DNA of 55,647 nucleotides from a virus (taxonomy: Duplodnaviria > Caudoviricetes): the IMG/VR virus record IMGVR_UViG_3300037516_001048, positions 1 through 55,647 of that record; one strand, written 5' to 3'. The translations under genes and the position numbers were made by a program. Every line of letters begins with the position of its first letter. Positions within the stretch are counted from its first letter, which is position 1. Below, piece after piece: positions 19,701-28,700 of this stretch. The notes beneath the pieces were generated by a model. It saw nothing but the letters and a program-made list of their open reading frames with translations. It did no database searches and had not been told where the DNA came from.

Positions 19701-22700
19701 TCATTTTGGTCCGTTTCTCCAGCAGCTTGTCGCGGGCCGCTTGGAGACGGCTCTGGCTCTCTGTGTCGTCGGCGGCACTGATGGCGGCGTCCAGTTCGTC
19801 GCTCTCCCTCGCGAAATACGCATCCACCGATGCCTGACTGTTCGGGATCTGCTCCAGATTGGAGTGAGTCATGATGATGGCGTCCCAGTCTCCCGTGGCC
19901 ATGCGGGCCGTGAATCGGGCGCGGGCCTTGGCGCTGTAGGAACGCGGCGTGGCCACCAGCAGTTTCGCCTGTGGGTAGGCCTGCCGGAACGACTTGGCAA
20001 ACTGGTTGATGGTGCTGTTCTGCACCACGATCACCGGCTTGCGGGCCTTGCCCAACCGGCGGAGCTCCATCGCCAGCGCGATCTGGTTGAAGGTTTTGCC
20101 GGACCCCACGCCGTGGGCCATCATGCCCCGCCCCTGCGTCAGGAGCCGGGCTATCACCGCCTTGCGGAAGGGCTTCAACCAGATGACTCCGCTCTGCCCC
20201 GGCAGCGTCACCCAGTCACCTACGAATTTCGGCGGCGTGATCCCGTTCACCTTTTCGTTGAAGATATTCTCCGTCAGCGCCGGGATAGGCACCATCACTC
20301 CGTCGTTCTCAGGGTCAGCCAGTTCTGTGTCCGTGGTCCGCACCCACTGGCGGAAGTCATCCGCCATTTCCAGCGCCTTGCTCTCCAGTTGGGCCGTCAG
20401 TTCGCTATCCACCACCGACTGCCGCAGCACCCGGTTATAGCTGGTCACCAGCAGCTTCCGGTTATTCAGGATGGCATCGAGCGTGTCGAACGCCGACCAG
20501 TCGCCCGTCTCCCATTCCGGCAATCCGCCGCGCCCCGCCGACTCAAAGTGATTCCGCTCCTTCACATATTTCACGGCTCCATTTTTGACGCCCAGATGCG
20601 CCATGTAGGCCGTATAGACCGCGTCCGGTATCCAGCGTGCTCCCACGTTGATGGAGGCTTCCGAGATCATCCGGCGGGGCGGCAGCGCGTTACGTAGCGC
20701 CTCCACGTTCCGAGCGTAGTCAGGGTTATCCTTCGCGGCGGCTTCTGCCTCCCGCAGCCGGACCGCTACCGGGCCGGACAGATATTCATCCGCCGTCATC
20801 AGTTGGCCGCTCGACGTGTCCTCGTATACGTGCCCGCCCTCCAGCAATGCCATGCGGGCCTCCGGCTCAGAGGTGCCGGTCAGGTCAGCCACGTACCGTG
20901 GATTCACGCTACCCTGCCAAGCCATCGACACCGACACCGCCTCCTCGAGGGATGCCGCAGTGGTAGGAGCCTCCAGCACCGGGATGATCCGCTGGCGGAA
21001 GATGTCCGCCTTTTTGTAGCGGTAGGCCACTTCGCCCCGCTCGTTGGTCACCATCGACTCCTCCTCCAGCGCCTCCAGCAGCGCATACTGTGGGTCGTCC
21101 TCCAGGAATCGGTACTTGTTGTTCCGGCGCACGCCGAGGGGGCCGAAGTAGGCCAGCACCCCGTTATAGGCCGTATTCAGCCGGGCGCGGGCGGCGTCCA
21201 GATCCGTGTCCATGCTGGCCGGGTTCACCTCCAGATTCACCATCTCCACGGCGGCATCCCGCAGCTTTGCCCACTGGCGGAAGATGGCCATTTTCTTCTT
21301 GGCTGCAGTCCGCTTGGCCTTATCCAGCGTCTCGTTTTCATTCCATTCCACCGGCTCCAGCCCCTCCGCCGTCACCTGGTAAACGATCCCGTCGCGCTCG
21401 ACGTAGGAGTCGATCTTGTCATCCCGCTCCGCCGCCACCGCATCCCAGCCGGTCGTAGCCGCATCACCCAGGATATTCTCCGGCAGGCGCTCCACCGCCG
21501 CCGCCAGTTGCTCATCGAGGCTCCCCATGGATTGCACGGTATATTCCCCGGCGGAATACATGGACCCCTGCAGCGCATGGCGACCCAGCACGTTCTCCGG
21601 ATGGCGTGCGTAGTACTCATTCACCCGGATCGGCGCAGAGAATTCCAGACTGTCGCTGGAGTCAGGCCGCTCCCGGAAGGCCTTTACGACCGCGTCCCAC
21701 TTTTTGCCAGTCTTTGGCCGGCCACCATCCATCCACGGCCTCCACGCCGTCGCCATCTCCACCGATGTCGGATTCCAGTCAGGCTCGATATCCGAAAACC
21801 AAGTGTGCAGGTCCACCGTGGTCTTCTGCCATGGCCGGGTCTTATCGACCGGGCGGCGGCTCATCACGTTATCCCGGCCCACCTGCATTTTTTCCATCCA
21901 GGGCTCCGGAGCCATCACCTGCTTGCCGTCAGGCTTCCGCAGCATGATCACATCCGTCACCACTTCCGTCCCCGCGTTTTCGGCGAAGGCGTCATTCGGC
22001 AGTCTCCATGAAGCCACCAACTCCGCCTTCCCGTTCAGGTAGGCCCGTTGGGCACGTTGGGATTCCATCGTGCCGGATGAGGTGATGAATACCACCAACC
22101 CGCCCGGCTTCACCTTGGCGAGGGCGCGGGCGAAGAAGTAATTGTGCAGGTTGAAATCCTGACCAAACTCCGACTTGGCCTTGCCCGGCCCTTCTTTCGC
22201 GAAGGGCACGTTGGAGATGAGCAGGTCCAGACTATTGTTGGGGATGCGGCTGTCTTGGAAGCCCATCCCGGATACCTCCCGGCCCGGTGCCGGCATCATA
22301 CCATTCACCCGCGCCTGTGGATACAGCTTGGAGAGGATGCGTGCCGTGACATCATCCAGTTCCGTGGCCTCCCACCGGGTCCGTTCCGCCATCGAGGGAG
22401 GTTGCACGCCAATGAAGTGCCCGATCCCGCCGCCCGGCTCCATCGCCCGGCCACCCTTGAACCCGAGGCGAGCCACCGCCTTCCACATGGATCCAATCAC
22501 GCTTGGGGTCGTGAAGTGAGCGTTACGCACCGACTTGGCAGCACTGCGGAATTCCTTGTCCGTCAGTTCCGCCCGCAGCCTGTCGTAGTGCTGCCCGTAG
22601 GTGGCCTGCCAGGAGAGCAGGGTCTGGGCTTTCTCTGGGTCATTCTCGCGGGCTCGCTGCTGCCAGTCGGTGCTGCGGGCCGGGCTCCGGTCGTAGGATT

Positions 22701-25700
22701 CGCGGTACGGCGGGCGAGCAATCTCGCGGGCAATCGTCGCCTCCCAGGTGGACTTCAACTCTGCGTATGCTTTCGCCCTGACATCGTTGAAGGCTTCCTT
22801 CATCCAGCCCCAGCCGGTGTAGGCCTCCAACACACTCTTCTCTTCCGGGGTAGGGTTGCGGCCGTCCGCATCCAACTGCCGCAGCAGTTTCATCGCCTCA
22901 AAATTCCCCGCCCACTTTTGGCTATTCGTGCGGGGGGCCACCTTGCCCATTGGGTCGATGACGTGGTTCCGGTCCGCCGGGTTTTCCGGCTGGGGGACTA
23001 TGGGATGTAGGCCATCGCGTCCGGATGGATCTTCCCGTAGACCTCCCACAGGTTTCTCCGCTGCTCCGCGTTCAGGCGGTTTTGCCACGCCATCACTGTT
23101 TCCTCCGCTTCCAGTTCCGCGTCCGTCTGGTCCGTTGCCTCCCGGCTGTCCGGATCCAGCCGTTGTGCCTCCCGTTTGGAATTCAGCCGACCAGTCAAAA
23201 AGGTCGTTAGCGCCTCCTGGAGCATTCTTGGATCGCTTGCTATTTTTGCCCCCTGCCGGTGTTCCGACAGCTGCACCAGTGTTGCCAGGACGTCCATCGC
23301 TTCCAGATCCATTTCCTTGAGTTCCATAATTCACACCATACCCGCCGGAAGATGCGAAGTCAAATAAGTCAGAAATCGCCGCCACCGTGGGCAGTTTCCC
23401 AGCGGGCACCTCCGCCTTCAGCGCCTTCGCAAAGGCCGGTTTGCTGCGTTTCGTCTTGGCAGGCAGGCTGTCCGCCCATTCGCCGAACAGGTCAGCGGAG
23501 CTTAACGGTCCGGCGGGAGCGGCAGGCCGTAGAGCGGAGCGTCGTCCGTTATCGGGAACATTTCCTTGATCTTCATTCCCTTGTGTGCTTTCACTAGCGC
23601 CTTTGTCTCCGGCCTGATTGGTTTCAAGGGCCGGGTGGCCGTAGTCGTAGGAGGCAAGTAGTTGGGTTTTGTTGGTGGCGTATTCATTGAGATTGGATCT
23701 TTCCTGCGTGAAATAATACTGCTCACCACGGTCTTTCGCAACCGGGGAGACGCTGGACTCCACCACGATGGACCGGAGACCTTGGCCCCCATCCTCGTAG
23801 ACATTGTCCCCAAACATGATCCCTCTCACCTCATAGGAATCCACCAGCGGCAGGTATTCCCGGAAGTTCATATGAAAGCCTTTATGCCCCCACAGAGTGC
23901 CGCCAGCAGGCACCAGGCGTTTACTCTTCAATCCCCGATCCACTGACCGGTTCATAGCCTCCCATGGATCGATCACGATCCCCCGGAGGTGCATTTCATA
24001 CCCTAGTCCCTTGATTTGCTCCATCAGGGGAATCACCTGCGGGGCGTGGCTCAGAGTAGCGTCCCAGATCAGGTTCACATGGTAGGGCAGTGCCAGCACC
24101 GCAACCACGACATCGTTGAAGATTTTCTGACTCTCGACGTGTACTGTCCCTGCCGCCCGACTGTCCCCCCGTGCCAGCATTTCCTGCATTTCTGGGATGA
24201 GCATTTTGATGTCATCCGCCGTCAGCGTCAATATTCCGTCGCCCGTAGCGATTTCCCCCGTCGATTGCATTTCCCTGATAAACGTGGACTTGCCCGCAGC
24301 CGGACCGCCGCCGGTGAACAGCACCTTACCCCGCCCATTCGCCCGCGCTTTTTCAGCCCGGTCCAGATACAGATCAATGATCGCTTCATGCAACTCATCG
24401 CGGGTGTATTCTTTCCCCGGCTCCAAGTAGTCCAGCAGGTAGTTCGGAATCACCTCCCCATCATCATCCTTGATCATCGTTGGCTGAATCACGGCGGTGG
24501 CATGAGTCAGCACAAACACCCCATCCACCTCCCGCGCCGTGGCCGGTGGTTTCGGCCCCGTGGGTTCGGGTAGTTTCGGCAGTTGCCACTCCGCATCAAA
24601 TTCCAGCGTCACGTCCAGCATCTTGATCGTCGCCAGAATCCGTTTATCCACCACCCCAGCGAACGCATCCAAATTGTCCGGCCCGATTTGCGAAGGCAGC
24701 ACCGCCGAGGACAGCGCCGCCGTCGCCAGCGCGTGCCGGTTCTCCCGCGTCTCCGTGGTCGCCGGATCCACCGCCTTCTGCCACAGCTGCTCCCGCGTCG
24801 CAGGCTCACCCCCGAACATATCCACCTGCGCCGGATTCCCCAGTTGAGCCACCCCTTCCACGTAGTTGGAGATCACCTCCTCCATCCGCGCTTGGTTGGT
24901 CCGGTTGGCGATCAGGAACTGCATCAGTTCCGTGACCATGGGATTCTCAAACACATCCGTCTGACTCTCCAGTCCCTGATAGACCGCAGACGACGGGGTC
25001 TTGGCAGATTTATCACGCAGGGCCACCGCGATCCGTTGTGCCGCCGCCCCCAAATCCACCGAGATGTCCCGTGGGTGCAGATTACCGGCCTTGCCTTCCG
25101 CCTTCATCCAGCCCATCCCAGCGGCCATGGTCAGCAGAGCCGCCGTGATCTTCTTGGCTCCAACACCCGTCGAAGCGGCCATCCGCGCCAGCGCCGCCCG
25201 GCCCTCCGCGTCCAGCCCATAGGCGGAGGCGAAAATGCCCATCCGCATCCGGCTAGCCAGTTCCGGCCCCGTCAGGTTGGCTTCGTTGGTACCGCCCGCA
25301 TCGATCACCTGAGCCACGTAGGCCGTCCGGAACGCCTCATTCTGTTTGGCCTCCAGATCAAAATTAGGATCCAGCAGGGTCAGCACCTGACGCGCCGGTC
25401 CCGCCAGTCGTTGGGCATCCTGCCCGGCCAGTTCGGTGGCGTTGGTCCGCATCGCCACTCCCTCATTACTGCCCTGTGAGAATTTGATTACCGTCTCCCG
25501 GTCGGTAGGTTCCAGCACCCGCACCAGTACCGGCTCCTTCATCGCCATCACGTCCTCCGGCGTCAGGCCGAACCGGGCCGCATTCTTCGCCAGCGCCGCT
25601 TTGTATTTCGCGGCAGTCGGGAAGCCCTCACTGTAGGCCATCGCCACCCCATTGAACCGCCCGTTGCCCACAATCACCTGACCGTTGGCATCCACCACTG

Positions 25701-28700
25701 GTGCCCCGAGATCCGGAGTGGTCGCTGGCACGTTCGTGTCAGGGAAGAACGCCGCCTGGTCGAAATCAAGCTCGCGGGCGATGTTCTGGCTCTGCTTCTG
25801 GTATTCCGGCAGGGACCGGTCCCGTGGTTGCAGCGCCTGATCATACCCAGTCGATGGCTGGCCACGGAAATCATGGGACGGCAGGAGAGTAGACTGTTCG
25901 CGCAGCGCGAAGACCGCCTTCAGCTTGACGCCATGCTGCGTGATCGTGGTGGCTCCTGCCGTTTCGCCTTGTGCTTCCGTTTGCGCTGGCACCATGGGCA
26001 CGTCCCGTGATTCCGGCACGCTGGGTCCAGCGCTTTGCTTCCCGTCAGAGGATGGCGTTTGGTTTTGCTCATTGGTTGTAGATTGGTTTTGCGCCACGCC
26101 GCCGAGGAACTCCCTCATCCGCCCCTCGATGAGCTTCACCGTGTCCTCGATTTGGGCGATGGTTTCAGGCGCAGCCCCAGCCTTCGCCAACTGCTTCTGC
26201 AAGTTTCGCAGGTAGCCCAGCAGCGCATTCACCGCACGCCGCAGGGAGGCCTTCAGGTCCGTCCCGGCCTGTTCGGTCGTTACCAGTTTCCCGTCCAGTT
26301 TCCACCCCTCTTGAGAGATAGCCATCCGCCCCTGCACGATCATCCTCAGGAACTCATGCCCCAGATTCCGGGGCTCCTTGCTGCTCCGGTTATAGGCGTC
26401 CCGTACCACCCGCTGCACTTTCGCGGGCAGGCTGTTATACAGGCCAGCCGCATCCAGCTTGCCACCCTTCTCCAGTTCCAATGCGGCCGAGTGGATCACC
26501 TCCTCGATCACAGCCAGCCGCGCCCATTCCTTGGTGTTCTGTTTTGTGTTTTCCGCCGTCTTGGCTAGAGCCCCGAAATCCAGTTCCAGTGCCCGGTCGG
26601 TGGAGTCGATTTGCAGCCCGCCCCCCAGCGTATTCTCCTTTACGCGGAATCCACCAGGGAATGCCCCCGCCCACTTCTTCGCCTCCATCTCCAGCGCCTT
26701 GGCCATTTCCTTGTTCCGCGCCACCCGTTCCGGCGTGGCCTTCAAGCCGCGGGCTTCCCCGGCCGCTGTGATGGCGTCGGCAAAACTCCCACCCTTGGCA
26801 GGCTCCGCCGTTGGTGCGTCCGGGGCCGTCTGTGGCGCGGCGACCGGCACCTCCACCGCATCCCGCACCATCCCTTGGCCGGTGGCCGCAACTTGAGCGA
26901 TGGCCGCAGTCCGGGATTCCGCCGTCACCCTCACCGGGGCGTCCACCCCATCAATCTCCACGTCCCACTGACGGCCCTGTTTCGGGGCCGTAGGGGCAGC
27001 AGTCGGTGCCGCAGTCGTTGCCGCAGCAGGTGCCGGTGCCGCCGTTGGATCAGGTGCCGCCGTTGGGGCCTGCGCTGCCATCGCCGCCTGGGCAGCGTCT
27101 TGCGCGGCCTGCTGCAACACTGCATCACGCCGTTGCACCTCCCCCGCCGTGATCAGCGCCGCCGCCGCCGGGAATACCCGCTTCGTCCGGTCGATCAGTC
27201 CTTGCCCCAGAATCAACTGCCCGGCCTCCATCGTCACGCGGGGCACGCCGTCCGGCGAGGGGTTGGGGTCCTCGCCGACCACAATCTCAGCGGCAGGACC
27301 ACGGGCCAGTCCGAGCGTGGCCAGTTGACCGTTGTCCAGCGTCGCCGCCCGGCCCGTGGCCACCGCCACCACCGCCCGTGCCGTGGCCACCGCCAGTACG
27401 TGCTCCGGAGTCCCCACAGCCATCGTCAGTCCCGTGACTGGATCCATTACGGGGCCAGCCAACTGCTCCTCCAGACCTACCAAATTCTGTACGCCGGTCA
27501 GCACCGCCTCCCGGCGATCTTTTTCCAGTTGGGCCATCCCGCGCAGCGCCTCCCGCGCCGTCACCCGGTCACCCTTGTTGCGGGCCTCCTCAGCCACCAG
27601 TCCCAGCGCCTCTATCTGAGCCGTGATCCCCGGCACCGTCCCAAATTGCTCCAGCGCCGGCACTGGCCCGAGCGCCGTGGCCATCTTCTGAGGATCCACC
27701 CCAGCCATTTCCGCGAGCCCTTCCTCCGTGGCCGTCATCACCGCCTCCGATTTAGCGATCTCCGCCTTCAGTGCATTCCCGGCTTGATTCAACTGCCACG
27801 CTTCTTTCAACGGACGCATCGCTTTGGCCGTCATCCGCGCCGCACCTCCGGCCCCGCCGAACGCGCCACCACCGATCAACTCACCGATGGCGTTCTCCCA
27901 GATTTCAGTCTGCTCTGCTGCCGTGTAACCCGCTGACAAGTCCGTTTGATTGGAGATACGCGCAGCATAGACCCCAAGAATCCCCTGCATAAAACCCGTG
28001 GCACCCTCCGTGGCCGGGTTCTTGGCCGCTTTCAGGGCACCCATGCCCACTTCCTTCATGAAGGACCGCATCCCCTTATCAGCCACGGCCCTGAGTTCCT
28101 TGGCCGGACGGCCCACCAACTTGCTAATCAACCCACTTTCCATACCGGTCAGGGCATCGAGTGCCGCCGCCGGAGCACCCAATATCAGACTGGCCGCGAT
28201 GGAGCGGTCCACCTTGTCAGGGTCATTCACCAACTGCGCCGGGGTCATGCTCCCCAGGGTGCTTTGCAGGTATTCCCCGCCGTTCCCACGGAAGGAGGAA
28301 CCGAACGCACCCCACTTCGCGACGTTGGCCGCTGACTGCTTCCGCATGATGTCAAAGAGCGGACCCTTCCCCCCTCCCTTGATTTCCGACTTCAGCAGCA
28401 TCAGGACCCGGCTTTCCACCAGCACCGTCGCCATCTCAGAGGTCAGCTTGCGCTTCACCATCAAGTCCGCAGCCTCCTTGGCGATCAGTTTTTTCACCGC
28501 CGTTTTGCCCATCAGACCCGCCACGCCACCACCTACGGTGCCGGGACCAGGGGCCACCGCGCTACCAATCGCCGCGCCGGCCACCGTCGTCACCACCGTC
28601 TCCCCCAAATCGAAGACCATATTGGAAACGGTCTTGCCCACGTAATGCAGGGTATCAGACAGGCTCTCGATCTCCCCGAAGGTATCCACCACACTACCAC

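Noticed and set aside
17185-20697. 1170-aa plus-strand ORF (also 20803-22011, 26611-27936, 15811-16896)
   Set aside because: Antisense shadows of the giant gene caused by GC-rich codon bias; H/R/P-rich with no motifs.
26990-27090. AAPTAAP tandem repeats in the giant gene
   Set aside because: Ordinary low-complexity Ala/Pro/Thr linker.
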